Positions 18,344-28,958 of a DNA stretch of 64,000 nucleotides are shown here, piece by piece. The translations under genes and the position numbers were made by a program. Origin of the DNA: Minisyncoccota bacterium (GTDB lineage: Bacteria > Patescibacteriota > Minisyncoccia > Phycocordibacterales > UBA9973); assembly GCA_041650615.1 (NCBI GenBank), contig JBAZKU010000001.1, positions 23,385-87,384 on the forward strand, in the 5' to 3' direction. The notes beneath the pieces were generated by a model, which saw nothing but the letters and a program-made list of their open reading frames with translations, was not told the DNA's origin and made no database searches. Positions within the stretch are counted from its first letter, which is position 1; every line of letters begins with the position of its first letter.

Positions 18344-20908
18344 ATGAGTTTATATAGTAAAATATTTGGCGATACCAGTTCCAAATTTATCAAAAATACC
18401 AAAGGAATAGTAGCTGAAATAAACGCTTTAGAGGCTGAAATTTCAAAGTTGGCGAATGAAGATTTTCCAAAGAAAACGCAAGAATTTAAGGATAGACTGG
18501 CAAAAGGCGAGACCTTGGATGATATATTGCCGGAAGCTTTTGCCCTAGTTCGGGAAGCTGCCAAGAGAAATTTAAATGAGAGGCATTTTGATGTCCAATT
18601 GGTAGGAGGAATAGCGTTGCATCAAGGCAAAATCGCGGAAATGAAAACTGGTGAAGGAAAAACTTTAGTGGCTACCTTGCCACTTTATTTGAATGCGCTT
18701 ATGGGAAAGGGCGCGCATCTTGTGACTGTGAATGATTATCTAGCGCGCTTGGGCGCAGTCTTGATGGGTCAAGTTTATAATTTTTTAGGATTGACGGTCG
18801 GAGTTATTAATTCACAAAACGTTTCTTATTTATACGATTCAAAACATACTGAAGAAGATAAAGAACGCGACCGAGTCGGAGAATTTAAAATTGTTTATGA
18901 CTTTCTGAAACCGTGTTCACGCAAAGAAGCATATGGAGCGGATATAACTTATGGCACGAACCATGAATTTGGTTTTGATTATTTGCGAGACAATTTAGCC
19001 ACGTCTATAAATGATATTGTTCAACGAGGACATTTTTTCGCAATAGTGGACGAAGTGGATTCTATTTTAATAGATGAAGCGCGCACCCCGCTTATTATTT
19101 CTTCCGCTTCCGGAGATTCTGAAGATTTTTATGTTAAATTTTATCAAATTGCCAAGCAGTTAAAAAGAGATACCGATTATGAAGTGGACGAAAAATTAAA
19201 AGCGATAACGCTAACGGATGCGGGCATAAGTAAAGCGGAAAATTTGCTCGGGGTGGATAACATATATACCGAAAAAGGCATTAAATATGCGCATCATTTG
19301 GAAACGGCGGTTAAAGCACAGGCTATTTTTGAACGAGATAGGGATTATGTGGTAAAGGAAGGAGAAGTGATCATTGTGGATCCTTTTACTGGGCGTTTGC
19401 AGCCAGGCAGGCGTTGGAGTGAAGGAATTCATCAAGCAATTGAGGCGAAAGAAGGCGTAAAAATAGAAAAAGAAACTCGTTCTTCCGGATCCATCACTTT
19501 CCAAAATTATTTTAGGTTTTATAAAAAATTATCTGGTATGACAGGAACAGCCGAAACTTCTGCCGAAGAATTTTTGAAAGTTTATAATTTGGATGTAATG
19601 GTCATACCTACCAATCGTCCTGTAGTGAGAATTGACCACTCCGATTTAATTTTCCAAAGTGAAACTGGAAAATTTAAAGCTATCGCTAAAAAAATAAAAG
19701 AATTAAATGAAAAGGGTCAGCCGGTTTTGATTGGGACTATCTCCATTGAAAAAAATGAACTCCTGTCCGTTTATTTAAAACAAGAAGGTGTCCAGCATAC
19801 TATTTTGAATGCCAAGAATCATGAAAAGGAAGGAGAAATAATTGCCCAAGCAGGCAAGAGAGGCGCAGTGACCATTGCCACAAACATGGCTGGTCGCGGA
19901 ATTGATATTAAGCTTGGAGGTAATCCCTTAGTGCAAGAAGAATATGAATTTGTAAAAAGTGTTGGGGGTTTGTTTGTTCTTGGGACTGAAAGACATGAGG
20001 CGCGCAGAATAGACAACCAACTTCGAGGCCGTTCAGGCAGACAGGGAGACCCGGGGGAAACGCAATTTTATGTTTCTCTGGAAGATGATTTAATGCGCGT
20101 GTTCGGCTCGGAACGAATAAAAAATATGATGGGACGTTTTGGTATTCCGGAAGATCAGCCAATTGAGAACGGTTTTATAAACCGGTCGCTTGAAAATGCT
20201 CAAGCCAAAATAGAAGGTTTTCATTTTGATGCCAGAAAAAATACTCTTGAATATGATGATGTAATGAATCATCAGCGTCAGATTATTTATGAGAGACGCC
20301 AAAAAATGATGCTTTCCAATAAAGAAGAAGTTGAAGCTTTATTGAAACAAATTTTAGAGAATAGGGAAGAAAAAGAAAAGTTAGACCCGCTTAGACTCAG
20401 CGAGGCTAGAAAAATAATTGAAGAAAAGAGAGAAAAAATAGGAGACGTTAATTTTCTAGAAACTGTCCGCAGGATTGCTCTTTATACTACTGACACTCTT
20501 TGGATGGAACATCTGGAAGCGATGGACTATCTGCGTTCGTCGGTGAACTTGCGCGCTTATGGCCAGCGTGAGCCGATTGTGGAATATAAAAAAGAAGGGT
20601 TATTTATGTTCAAAGAAATGGAAGTAGCCTTTAAAGAGCAGGTTTTATCGCTTATTCAGACAATAAATACCGATATTCGCCCAAGAATAACCATAGAGGA
20701 TAATAGGCCAAAACAAACTTTAGTTACCAGCCATAATGAACCTGAAGAGTTTTCAGATACAAAGAAGGTTATAGAAAAAGAATTAAATATTGGCCGAAAT
20801 GATCCCTGTCCTTGTGGGGCAATTAATCCGGCTACCGGTGAAGTCTATAAATATAAAAAATGCGGTCTCATAAACGCTCCCCAGCATCGCAGGTCGTTGA
20901 TTAATTAA
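18344..20908 (+). CDS. secA: preprotein translocase ATPase SecA
   Basis: Full-length SecA: DEAD-motor motifs (MKTGEGKTLVATL, DEVDSILIDEARTPLIIS), C-terminal zinc finger CPCGAINPATGEVYKYKKCG; contains one in-frame 24-nt GC-rich unit (PLRLSEAR). Confidence 0.95.
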   Translation: MSLYSKIFGDTSSKFIKNTKGIVAEINALEAEISKLANEDFPKKTQEFKDRLAKGETLDDILPEAFALVREAAKRNLNERHFDVQLVGGIALHQGKIAEMKTGEGKTLVATLPLYLNALMGKGAHLVTVNDYLARLGAVLMGQVYNFLGLTVGVINSQNVSYLYDSKHTEEDKERDRVGEFKIVYDFLKPCSRKEAYGADITYGTNHEFGFDYLRDNLATSINDIVQRGHFFAIVDEVDSILIDEARTPLIISSASGDSEDFYVKFYQIAKQLKRDTDYEVDEKLKAITLTDAGISKAENLLGVDNIYTEKGIKYAHHLETAVKAQAIFERDRDYVVKEGEVIIVDPFTGRLQPGRRWSEGIHQAIEAKEGVKIEKETRSSGSITFQNYFRFYKKLSGMTGTAETSAEEFLKVYNLDVMVIPTNRPVVRIDHSDLIFQSETGKFKAIAKKIKELNEKGQPVLIGTISIEKNELLSVYLKQEGVQHTILNAKNHEKEGEIIAQAGKRGAVTIATNMAGRGIDIKLGGNPLVQEEYEFVKSVGGLFVLGTERHEARRIDNQLRGRSGRQGDPGETQFYVSLEDDLMRVFGSERIKNMMGRFGIPEDQPIENGFINRSLENAQAKIEGFHFDARKNTLEYDDVMNHQRQIIYERRQKMMLSNKEEVEALLKQILENREEKEKLDPLRLSEARKIIEEKREKIGDVNFLETVRRIALYTTDTLWMEHLEAMDYLRSSVNLRAYGQREPIVEYKKEGLFMFKEMEVAFKEQVLSLIQTINTDIRPRITIEDNRPKQTLVTSHNEPEEFSDTKKVIEKELNIGRNDPCPCGAINPATGEVYKYKKCGLINAPQHRRSLIN
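20386..20409 (+). repeat. 24-nt GC-rich in-frame element (CCCGCTTAGACTCAGCGAGGCTAG) inside secA
   Basis: Near-identical to the ddl and typA copies, in the same frame and orientation. Confidence 0.75.
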
Positions 20909-20931
20909 AAAACACCACAGAGTGTAAAGAC

Positions 20932-21396
20932 ATGAAAAGAATTCTAACACTTTGCATAATTCATCAACATCCAAGGATATTGCTCGGAATGAAAAAGCGA
21001 GGATTTGGAGAGGGGAGGTGGAATGGATTTGGTGGAAAGATTAAAGAAGGTGAGTCTATTGAAGAAGCGATGAGAAGAGAGATTAGAGAGGAATCGGGAA
21101 TTGAAGTTAAGGATCTAAGTAAAATTGGAATAATGGAATTTAAGCTTGAAAATAATAATGAAATTCAAGAAGTTCACCTTTTTAAAGCAAAAAATTTTAC
21201 CGGAGAATTGATAGAAAGCGAAGAAATGAAACCACAATGGTTTCACATTGATGAAATTCCCTTCAAAGATATGTGGCCGAATGATATATATTGGATGCCT
21301 CTATTTTTAAAAGGAAAAAAATTTAAGGGAAAATTTTCCTTAGGTAAATTTGATGCTGTTCTTGAGCAAGAATTAATAGAAGTTGATATAATATAA
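20932..21396 (+). CDS. NUDIX hydrolase
   Basis: Nudix box GGKIKEGESIEEAMRREIREESGI (GX5EX7REUXEEXGU). Confidence 0.8.
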   Translation: MKRILTLCIIHQHPRILLGMKKRGFGEGRWNGFGGKIKEGESIEEAMRREIREESGIEVKDLSKIGIMEFKLENNNEIQEVHLFKAKNFTGELIESEEMKPQWFHIDEIPFKDMWPNDIYWMPLFLKGKKFKGKFSLGKFDAVLEQELIEVDII

Positions 21397-21399
21397 TTT

Positions 21400-21648
21400 A
21401 TGAAAAAATTAGAAGTTGGGGCAGTTTATAAACATTATAAGGGGACAAAAGCGAAAGTTATCGGCGAGGCGTTTAATAGTGAAACACGGGAGCCGATGGT
21501 TATTTATATTCATTTGGAAGATGGTGTTATTTGGACCAGGCCAAAGAGAATGTTTTTGGAAAATGTGACAGTAAATGGAAAAAAAGTTGAAAGATTTAAA
21601 AAATTAAATCAAAAAATTCTAATAAAACCCGGAAAAAAGCAAGGATGA
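21400..21648 (+). CDS. DUF1653 family small protein
   Basis: YKHYKGTKAKVIGEAFNSETREPMVIYIHLEDGVIWTRP matches the DUF1653 pattern. Confidence 0.45.
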   Translation: MKKLEVGAVYKHYKGTKAKVIGEAFNSETREPMVIYIHLEDGVIWTRPKRMFLENVTVNGKKVERFKKLNQKILIKPGKKQG

Positions 21649-21670
21649 AAAAATAAGGTATTAGGGTATA

Positions 21671-22813
21671 ATGGCCAATATGGAACCACTGGCTTTTAAG
21701 ATTAGACCTAAAAATTTAAAGGAATTTATTGGACAGGAGCATTTAACGGGCAAAAATAAGCCTATTTCCGTGGCTATTGAGAAAAAACATCTTTTTTCTT
21801 TCATTTTTTGGGGTCCGCCGGGAGTTGGAAAAACAACCCTTGCCAAAATTTATGCCAAAGCATTAAATGCAGATTATCACGAACTTTCGGCAGTTTCGGC
21901 AGGAAAGGATGATATTCGTGAAATATTGGAATCGGAAGGAGCTTTGTTAGGCCCAAAAATTCTTTTTCTTGATGAGATACACAGATTTAACAAAGCGCAA
22001 CAGGATTTTCTTTTGCCGTTTGTAGAGAGTGGCAGACTTACTTTAATTGGGGCAACGACAGAAAATCCAAGTTTTGAAGTAATTCCAGCTCTTCTTTCTC
22101 GCATGCGGGTTTTTGTGATGAATGAACTTTCAGATGAAGAGATGAAAAAAATTGTCAAGCGTACCGGTTATAAAATAAAAAAGGATTCTCTAGATTGGCT
22201 TATCGGAATGTCCTCAGGTGATGCTAGACAAGCAATCGCCATGATTGAAAATACTATTTCTCTCTATAAAAATATTACTGTTGATAATTTAAAAAATACT
22301 CTCCAATCAAAATTTTTGCGTTATGACAAAAAAAGCGAAGAGCATTATAATACTATCAGTGCTTTTATAAAAAGTATGCGCGCTTCACAACCAGACGCGG
22401 CTTTGTATTATTTATCACGAATGTTGCAAGCGGGGGAAGATCCGAAATTTATTGCTCGCCGGATGGTAATATTTGCCAGTGAAGATATCGGCTTGGTGCA
22501 ACCGACTGCTTTAGTAGTGGCCAATGCGGTATTTCAGGCAGTGGATACAATTGGAATGCCGGAATGTGGAGAAAATCTGGCTCATGGGGTAGTCTATCTT
22601 ACTCAAGCCAAAAAAGATAGAAGCGCCTATAATGCATATCTGGAAGCGATGGAAGATGCAAAAAAATATGGAAATTTGCCAATCCCGATGAGTATTCGGA
22701 ATGCCCCCACGAAATTAATGAAAGATTTGGGTTATGGAAAAAATTATGAAAAATATACGAAAGAAAATTTGATGCCGGATAAATTAAAAAATAAAAAATA
22801 TTTTAAAAAATGA
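21671..22813 (+). CDS. rarA: replication-associated recombination protein A (RarA/MgsA AAA+ ATPase)
   Basis: Walker [20 protein letters not shown], and the C-terminal MgsA-C segment [20 protein letters not shown]. Confidence 0.85.
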   Translation: MANMEPLAFKIRPKNLKEFIGQEHLTGKNKPISVAIEKKHLFSFIFWGPPGVGKTTLAKIYAKALNADYHELSAVSAGKDDIREILESEGALLGPKILFLDEIHRFNKAQQDFLLPFVESGRLTLIGATTENPSFEVIPALLSRMRVFVMNELSDEEMKKIVKRTGYKIKKDSLDWLIGMSSGDARQAIAMIENTISLYKNITVDNLKNTLQSKFLRYDKKSEEHYNTISAFIKSMRASQPDAALYYLSRMLQAGEDPKFIARRMVIFASEDIGLVQPTALVVANAVFQAVDTIGMPECGENLAHGVVYLTQAKKDRSAYNAYLEAMEDAKKYGNLPIPMSIRNAPTKLMKDLGYGKNYEKYTKENLMPDKLKNKKYFKK

Positions 22814-24048
22814 AAACTTTAATTAAAAAACTAAAAACAATCTGGTGGAGAATCAAATCAATCGCAGCAATGCATTATTATGGTAATCCGTCCTCAAAGT
22901 TAAAAATTGTCGGAGTAACAGGCACTAATGGAAAAACTACGACAGCCACGCTTCTTTATAAAATAGCAACCGCTTTAGGCTATAAAGCAGGGCTTATCGG
23001 CACAGTGGAAAATATAATTGCAGGGGAAAAGAGAGGAGCTACGCATACTACACCCGATTCTATTTCTTTAACTAAACTTCTGAAGGAAATGGTAGAAAAA
23101 GGTTGCGAATATGTTTTTATGGAAGTTTCTTCACATGCTTTGGATCAAAAACGTGTTGCGGGAATAAATTTTATCGGCGGAATTTTTACAAATTTGACGC
23201 ATGATCATCTGGATTATCATAAAAACCTAGAAAATTATTTTCTGGCTAAAAAGAAATTTTTTGAAATACTTCCTAAAAATTCTTTTGCCCTTTCGAACAT
23301 TGATGATGAATATGGCGATGTTATTTTAGAAAATATCAAAGCGGAAAAATTCTTTTACGGTTTTGGAGAAGAAACAGAAATGATAGATTTTTACGGCAAA
23401 ATTTTAAAACTGAATTTCTCAGGGCTGGAGCTTGATTTTAATGGAGAAAAAATAAATTCAAAACTTTTGGGCAAATTTAACGCTTATAACCTGCTCGCTG
23501 TCTGGAGCGCTTCAAAGCTTATTGGTTTTGATATTAAAAAGGTAAATAAAATTTTAGAGAACATAGAACCTCCTCGAGGGAGATTTGAACACTTTTTATC
23601 TTCAGATGGTGTCCTTATCATCATAGATTATGCGCATACGCCGGATGCGCTGGAGAAAATTCTCTTGACGGTAAAAGAAATGAAACCTGAAAACGGAAGA
23701 ATAATTTCTGTTTTTGGTTGCGGGGGAAACCGCGATTCAACGAAGCGTTCCAAAATGGGAAAAATCGGAGCAAATTTATCCGATATTGCCATTTTTACAT
23801 CAGATAATCCTAGAAACGAAGATCCGAATAAAATTATTGAGCAAATGAAAGATAATTTGTCTCACGAGGAATCAAAAAAGGTAATAACCATTTCGAATCG
23901 TCGGTTAGCGATAGAGGAAGCAGTAGAGATGGCAAAAAATGGAGACATAATTCTTTGTGCCGGCAAAGGTCATGAAGAATATCAGGAAATCAAAGGTGTA
24001 AAGCATCATTTTAATGATATGGAAGAGTTTAAAAAAGTTTTAGATTAA
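22810..24048 (+). CDS. murE: UDP-N-acetylmuramoyl-tripeptide ligase MurE-like (short form)
   Basis: VTGTNGKTTT, HTTPDS, MEVSSHAL and TNLTHDHLDYH are Mur ligase motifs in MurE arrangement; N-terminal domain reduced. Confidence 0.7.
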   Translation: MKTLIKKLKTIWWRIKSIAAMHYYGNPSSKLKIVGVTGTNGKTTTATLLYKIATALGYKAGLIGTVENIIAGEKRGATHTTPDSISLTKLLKEMVEKGCEYVFMEVSSHALDQKRVAGINFIGGIFTNLTHDHLDYHKNLENYFLAKKKFFEILPKNSFALSNIDDEYGDVILENIKAEKFFYGFGEETEMIDFYGKILKLNFSGLELDFNGEKINSKLLGKFNAYNLLAVWSASKLIGFDIKKVNKILENIEPPRGRFEHFLSSDGVLIIIDYAHTPDALEKILLTVKEMKPENGRIISVFGCGGNRDSTKRSKMGKIGANLSDIAIFTSDNPRNEDPNKIIEQMKDNLSHEESKKVITISNRRLAIEEAVEMAKNGDIILCAGKGHEEYQEIKGVKHHFNDMEEFKKVLD

Positions 24049-25370
24049 TGCAAAACTATAAAGAACAATTCAAAGGGAAAAAGATTACAGTAATGGGACT
24101 GGGGATTTTGGGACGGGGATTGGGATATACCAAATTTTTGGCAGAATGTGGGGCAGATTTGATAGTGACAGACTTAAAGCCTTCGACTGCGCTTAGGTCG
24201 TCGCTTAATAAGCTCCGAACATTTAAGAACCCCGAAGGAAAGCGAGCTTCCTACGGGGCAAGTATTAAATTTGTGCTTAGTAAACATCGCCTTGAGGACT
24301 TTCGGGGTAGGGATATGGTAATTAAAGCTGCTGGTGTGCCGCTTGATTCTATTTATATAGAAGAAGCCCAAAAAAGTAATGTGCCGGTAGAAATGGATGT
24401 ATCGCTTTTTGTAAAATGTGCGCCGGAGGTAATGGTTATTGGAGTAACGGGTACAAGAGGGAAATCCATGGTTACGGCTCTTATTTACGAAATTCTAAAA
24501 CAAAATGAAAAGTTTTTGAATAAAAAAGTTTATATTGGTGGAAATGTTCGTGGAGTGGCTACTTTACCGCTACTTGCCAAAGTGAGAGCCGGAGATATTT
24601 TGATATGTGAACTTGATTCTTGGCAGTTGCAAGGTTTTGGTGATGCAAAGATTTCTCCGCATATCTCTGTATTCACCTCCTTTATGCCCGACCATATGAA
24701 TTATTATAAAAATGATATGAAAAAATATTTCAATGATAAAGCAAATATTTTTTCATATCAGAATAAAGAAGATGTTTTAATTATTCGTCCGGATATAAAA
24801 AAATTAATCCATAAAAATATAAAAAGCAAACTTATTGTAGTTAAACCCGATAATTTTCAGGAAGAAAATAAAGAATGTGCCATAGAGGTAGCAAAACTAT
24901 TTAAAATACCTAATTCAAAGATAAAACAAGCCATAAAGAATTTTAAAGGTTTAGAAGGGCGGTTGCAATATGTGAAAACCATAAGGGGAGTAAAAATATA
25001 CAATGACAATAATGCCACCACTCCGGAAGCCACAATGGCCGGGATAGAAGCATTAAAAGCGAAAAATATTGTGCTTATTTGTGGTGGGGCGGATAAAGGT
25101 TTAAATCTTGAAAATTTCGAAAAAACTATTAGTAGGTGTAAGGCAGTAGTATTAATTCCGGGTACAGGAACAGAGAAACTTACTAGTTTTAAGTTGAAAG
25201 TTGAAAGTCATAAAGTAAAAAGCTTAGATAATGCAATAAAAATTGCGTTAGGTCTTGCCTCACGCGGAGACATAATTCTTTTCTCTCCAGCTTTTGCCTC
25301 TTTTGGAATGTTTAATAATGAATACGAAAGAAATGATTTGTTTATGAAAATAATAAAAAAATTGAAATGA
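24048..25370 (+). CDS. murD: UDP-N-acetylmuramoylalanine--D-glutamate ligase MurD
   Basis: N-terminal Rossmann region GLGILGRGLG, central GVTGTRGKS and Mur ligase C-domain; GC-rich hairpin-rich in-frame segment at about 24170-24300. Confidence 0.7.
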   Translation: MQNYKEQFKGKKITVMGLGILGRGLGYTKFLAECGADLIVTDLKPSTALRSSLNKLRTFKNPEGKRASYGASIKFVLSKHRLEDFRGRDMVIKAAGVPLDSIYIEEAQKSNVPVEMDVSLFVKCAPEVMVIGVTGTRGKSMVTALIYEILKQNEKFLNKKVYIGGNVRGVATLPLLAKVRAGDILICELDSWQLQGFGDAKISPHISVFTSFMPDHMNYYKNDMKKYFNDKANIFSYQNKEDVLIIRPDIKKLIHKNIKSKLIVVKPDNFQEENKECAIEVAKLFKIPNSKIKQAIKNFKGLEGRLQYVKTIRGVKIYNDNNATTPEATMAGIEALKAKNIVLICGGADKGLNLENFEKTISRCKAVVLIPGTGTEKLTSFKLKVESHKVKSLDNAIKIALGLASRGDIILFSPAFASFGMFNNEYERNDLFMKIIKKLK

Positions 25371-25371
25371 A

Positions 25372-26652
25372 ATGGAATTAGATTTAACAAAAATTAAAAA
25401 GATATTTTTTATCGGAATCGGAGGCATTGGCATTTCGGCCTTAGCTAAAATGGCGCTTTCGCAGGGGATAGAAGTATCTGGGGTGAATGATGATGAAAGT
25501 CCCAAAACTCTTGACTCACTCCGCGCATCTGGTGCAGATATAAAAATGTCAAAGGTGGGCTTTGACATACCAGAGACTGATTTATATGTGTATAGTGATG
25601 CTTGGCTTTATAGAGGTCCGGAAATTATTGAAAATGCTAAAGAAACAGGCAAACCAGTTTTAAGTTATTTTGAAGCGCTTGGTATTTTCGCAAAAAAATA
25701 TAAAGTTATTGCAATTTCCGGCACTCATGGAAAAACTACTACCACTGCCATGATAGCGGAGATACTTACAGAAGCAGGACTAGACCCCACGGTTATTGTC
25801 GGCTCTTTTATTAAAAAATTTAACAGTAATTTCAGAAAAGGTAATGGTGAATATCTTGTAGTGGAAGCGGACGAATACAATAAACACTTTTTGAATTTTA
25901 ATCCATACATTACGGTTGTCACAAATATTGAGGTTGATCACTTAGACTGTTATAAAGATTTAGCTGATATACAAAATGCATTTGATAAACTTTTGTCGCA
26001 GAGTGAAAATAAAATTTTAGCCTCGCCAGTAGGCTCTGGGTCGATGGATTACACAAGATATTTGGCAAAAGTACCTAAGCTCTCTATTCTGGGAGAACAT
26101 AATAGGATGAACGCAGCGGCAGCATTGGCAGTAGCAGACCTTCTCCACATTAAAGAAGATGTTGCTCAAAAATCTCTAGCTCAATTTTCTGGTACTTGGC
26201 GCAGATTAGAAAAAAGAGGAGAGACAGAAAATAAAACTATTATATATGATGATTATGCCCATCATCCCACGGAAATAAAAGCAAGCCTGGAAGCTTTACG
26301 CGAGCTTTATCCAATTGGAGAGAAGAAAATTACAGTAATTTTTCAACCGCATCTATACAGTCGAACCAAGGCTTTATTCAACGATTTTGCCAAAAGTTTT
26401 AAAGGAGCCGATAACATATATCTGCTTCCTATCTTTTTTGCCAGAGAAACAAGAGATGAAAGCATTTCAAGTGAAAAACTAGCCCAGGCCATCTGCCTGG
26501 CTGGGGATAAAGCCAAAGCTTTTCCAGACTTTGAATCGGCAGAAAGCTTTATAAAAGGCTTAAATTTTGGAGAAAATGACGTATTTGTGACAATGGGAGC
26601 AGGGGAAGCATACAAAATAGCTGACAAAGTATTTAAATTACCCCTATTTTAG
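25372..26652 (+). CDS. murC: UDP-N-acetylmuramate--L-alanine ligase MurC
   Basis: IFFIGIGGIGISALA N-terminal motif and AISGTHGKTTTT central domain. Confidence 0.75.
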   Translation: MELDLTKIKKIFFIGIGGIGISALAKMALSQGIEVSGVNDDESPKTLDSLRASGADIKMSKVGFDIPETDLYVYSDAWLYRGPEIIENAKETGKPVLSYFEALGIFAKKYKVIAISGTHGKTTTTAMIAEILTEAGLDPTVIVGSFIKKFNSNFRKGNGEYLVVEADEYNKHFLNFNPYITVVTNIEVDHLDCYKDLADIQNAFDKLLSQSENKILASPVGSGSMDYTRYLAKVPKLSILGEHNRMNAAAALAVADLLHIKEDVAQKSLAQFSGTWRRLEKRGETENKTIIYDDYAHHPTEIKASLEALRELYPIGEKKITVIFQPHLYSRTKALFNDFAKSFKGADNIYLLPIFFARETRDESISSEKLAQAICLAGDKAKAFPDFESAESFIKGLNFGENDVFVTMGAGEAYKIADKVFKLPLF

Positions 26653-26828
26653 CCTTATTTGTCAATGGGCGTAGTATAAAATGCCCTTATTTTATAAGGT
26701 TTTTTGAGTTTGACATATAATAAAATCATTGTTTAACTATTGACATTTAATATGCAATATGCTAGTATATAAAGGTACCCTTATTAATAGGCTAAATAGC
26801 CTTTTAATAAAAGGTATTTCAGCAAAAG

Positions 26829-27494
26829 TTGAATAAACCTTCCGAGAGTTGGCGGAGCATAGACCGCCCTAATATGAATAAAAACAATTTAATACGGTTT
26901 GCTCAATCTCTTATGCTTTTGCCTTTTATGACTGGGACAACGGTGCCTTTAGGAAGTATCATAATTGACACCACAAAAGAGACTGTTCAGACTGTATTTA
27001 TACAAAAAGAGAATATTGAAGCTAATGGTATATTGGCCTTTAACCAGGTTGTAGACCAAAAAGCTGAAGACCAAAGAGCTAAAGCTAACGCTATTGATAG
27101 TTACTTTGAGTCGCGTGATATGCCACTTTCAGGTATGGGTATGAAGATGGTGATTGAGGCTGAAAAGAATGGTCTTGACTGGCGTCTTTTAGCAGCAATA
27201 GCTGTTCGAGAATCCACTGGAGGAAAATTTGACTGTAAAAAAGTTGAAAACAATCCTTTCGGTTGGGGTTCTTGTAAAATTGGTTTTGATTCCAATGAAG
27301 AAGCTATTGAAACTGTGGCTATGAATTTGGGAGGGAATAATCCAAATACTGAAAAGCATTACGACAATAAAACCACTAAACAAATTTTACGCGCTTATAA
27401 TCCGCCTTCTATAGTACCCCGTTATGCCGAACAAGTGATATCTATCATGAATGCTATTGGAGACGAAGATCTAATTACAGAAACCAGAGCATAA
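26829..27494 (+). CDS. putative peptidoglycan hydrolase (glucosaminidase / GH73-like)
   Basis: LLAAIAVRESTGG...NNPFGWG resembles the FlgJ/GH73 glucosaminidase active-site region; N-terminal region and start uncertain. Confidence 0.3.
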   Translation: MNKPSESWRSIDRPNMNKNNLIRFAQSLMLLPFMTGTTVPLGSIIIDTTKETVQTVFIQKENIEANGILAFNQVVDQKAEDQRAKANAIDSYFESRDMPLSGMGMKMVIEAEKNGLDWRLLAAIAVRESTGGKFDCKKVENNPFGWGSCKIGFDSNEEAIETVAMNLGGNNPNTEKHYDNKTTKQILRAYNPPSIVPRYAEQVISIMNAIGDEDLITETRA

Positions 27495-27496
27495 TT

Positions 27497-27526
27497 AAAA
27501 AACCCGACGAGTGTCGGGTTTTTTAA
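27497..27526 (+). terminator. rho-independent terminator (AAAAACCCGACGAGTGTCGGGTTTTTT), bidirectional
   Basis: GC stem with A-run and T-run between convergent genes. Confidence 0.6.
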
Positions 27527-27649
27527 TTTAGAAAAATCAGAAAACAAAATTTTTAAGGGGTTTCGAGCGCGACGGCGCGAGAACTTCAGGATTTTTTAAG
27601 CTTCAAAAAATCCGTACCGGCAAAAATTTTGTTTTTGATTTTTCTTCAT

Positions 27650-28765
27650 TTACTCAAGATATACCAATGTCATCTTGTGTTCTTTAGGTTCAAATAATGT
27701 AATTTGGAAATTGTAATTTTTACCAAGTTCTAGTTTTTCACGAAGTTTTGTTTCTCCGCCAAAAGTTGAATTATGCACGAGACCTGCTACGCCTTCCTTT
27801 ATAGAAACCAACGCGCCGTGTTTATTGTATTTAATTACGACACCTTTAATAATGTCACCTTTTTTCAATTTCCCTTCAAATTCTGTCCAAGGATTTTCCT
27901 TCAACGCTTTAATGGAAAGTGAAATTTTACCGTCTTTTATTTCAATTACTTTTGCGCGGACCTTATCATCTACTTTAAACATAGTGCGGGGATCTTCTAC
28001 GAGGCCCCAATCAAGTTCGGAAATATGCACAAGACCTTCCAATCCATCTTCAAGTTTTAAGAAAATTCCAAAATCCACAATTCCGGCAACCGTACAATCT
28101 ACTTCATCCCCCACATTATATTTGCTCAGAATTTCCTTTTTCTCTTCAGGATTATTATCTTTCTCGGAAAAGATTAATTTACCTTCCTTGGGAAGGGTGG
28201 AGATAATCATTACTGAAATTTTTTCGCCTACCAATTTCTTTAATTCTTTTAATATCTTGTCTTTATCCGAATCCAAAACGCGAGGATAATGGTCGGCTTT
28301 AAGTTGGGAAGCGGGCAAAAATCCTTGTATACCCTGCCATTCTAAGATTAATCCTCCCTTATTTGCATCTTTTATTTCCAGTTCTAGAACAGTTTTTGCT
28401 TTTATAGCTTTTTCGGCTTCGCTCCAAGTAAGCGCTTGTTTGGCTTCCTTGAGAGAAAGTTCCGTATATCCATTTTCATTTTCTACCTCAACGACTTTCG
28501 CCTTGATAATATCGCCGAGACTTATCTTTTTAATAATGTCTTTGGCATTGATAAATTCACGGCCGTAAATGATGCCTGTGCCAAAGGGCGATAAATCAAC
28601 AAAAACAGATGATTTTTCCACTAAAATTACCGGACCTTCAACCAGAGAATCAACCTCTGGCTTGCTTTTGCTTCGGTCAACGATAGATTTCAGCACTAAG
28701 TTCTCTTTAAAATTTTCTTCTACCTGCCCCGACTGGTCAAGGCGGGCTGTTTCTTCTTTCTTCAT
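27650..28765 (-). CDS. rpsA: 30S ribosomal protein S1 (4 S1 domains, short form)
   Basis: Four tandem S1 OB-fold repeats (GDIIKAKVVEVE.., GDEVDCTVAGIVDFGIFLKL.., GDIIKGVVIKYNKHGALVSI..). Confidence 0.75.
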   Translation of the reverse strand: MKKEETARLDQSGQVEENFKENLVLKSIVDRSKSKPEVDSLVEGPVILVEKSSVFVDLSPFGTGIIYGREFINAKDIIKKISLGDIIKAKVVEVENENGYTELSLKEAKQALTWSEAEKAIKAKTVLELEIKDANKGGLILEWQGIQGFLPASQLKADHYPRVLDSDKDKILKELKKLVGEKISVMIISTLPKEGKLIFSEKDNNPEEKKEILSKYNVGDEVDCTVAGIVDFGIFLKLEDGLEGLVHISELDWGLVEDPRTMFKVDDKVRAKVIEIKDGKISLSIKALKENPWTEFEGKLKKGDIIKGVVIKYNKHGALVSIKEGVAGLVHNSTFGGETKLREKLELGKNYNFQITLFEPKEHKMTLVYLE

Positions 28766-28906
28766 AATAATATCTTAAACAAAAAAATCCGCTAAGAAGC
28801 GGATATAAGGCTTAGGTTCTAATTTGACTTGTGTCTCCTTAGGGTTACCCTAAATCCTGCTTTTAATATATTAAAGTAATCTTACTATAATTATATAAAA
28901 AAGCAA

Positions 28907-28945
28907 GCCCCTACACTTATTTTTTTCAAAAATAAGTGTAGGGGC
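28907..28945. repeat. palindrome GCCCCTACACTTATTTTT-TTC-AAAAATAAGTGTAGGGGC, a member of the CCCCCACACTTATTTT family
   Basis: 18-bp perfect arms; lies between divergent gene starts (rpsA at 28765 and the 28959 gene), so it is not placed as a terminator. Confidence 0.7.
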
Positions 28946-28958
28946 AAGTATTTTCATT

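Noticed and set aside
27540-27640. GC-rich segment GGGTTTCGAGCGCGACGGCGCGAGAAC between convergent genes as a possible ncRNA
   Set aside because: GAGCGCG..GCGCGAG is a mirror repeat rather than an inverted one; the flanking AAAACAAAATTTTT/AAAAATTTTGTTTT arms and an internal AGGATTTTTT..AAAAAATCC hairpin are consistent with a complex bidirectional terminator region; evidence is too weak to call a gene.
28907-28945. Interpreting every CCCCCACACTTATTTT palindrome simply as an intrinsic terminator
   Set aside because: This copy sits between two divergent gene starts where termination is not expected, and the family conserves primary sequence across copies, so a pure terminator explanation is insufficient (see finding).
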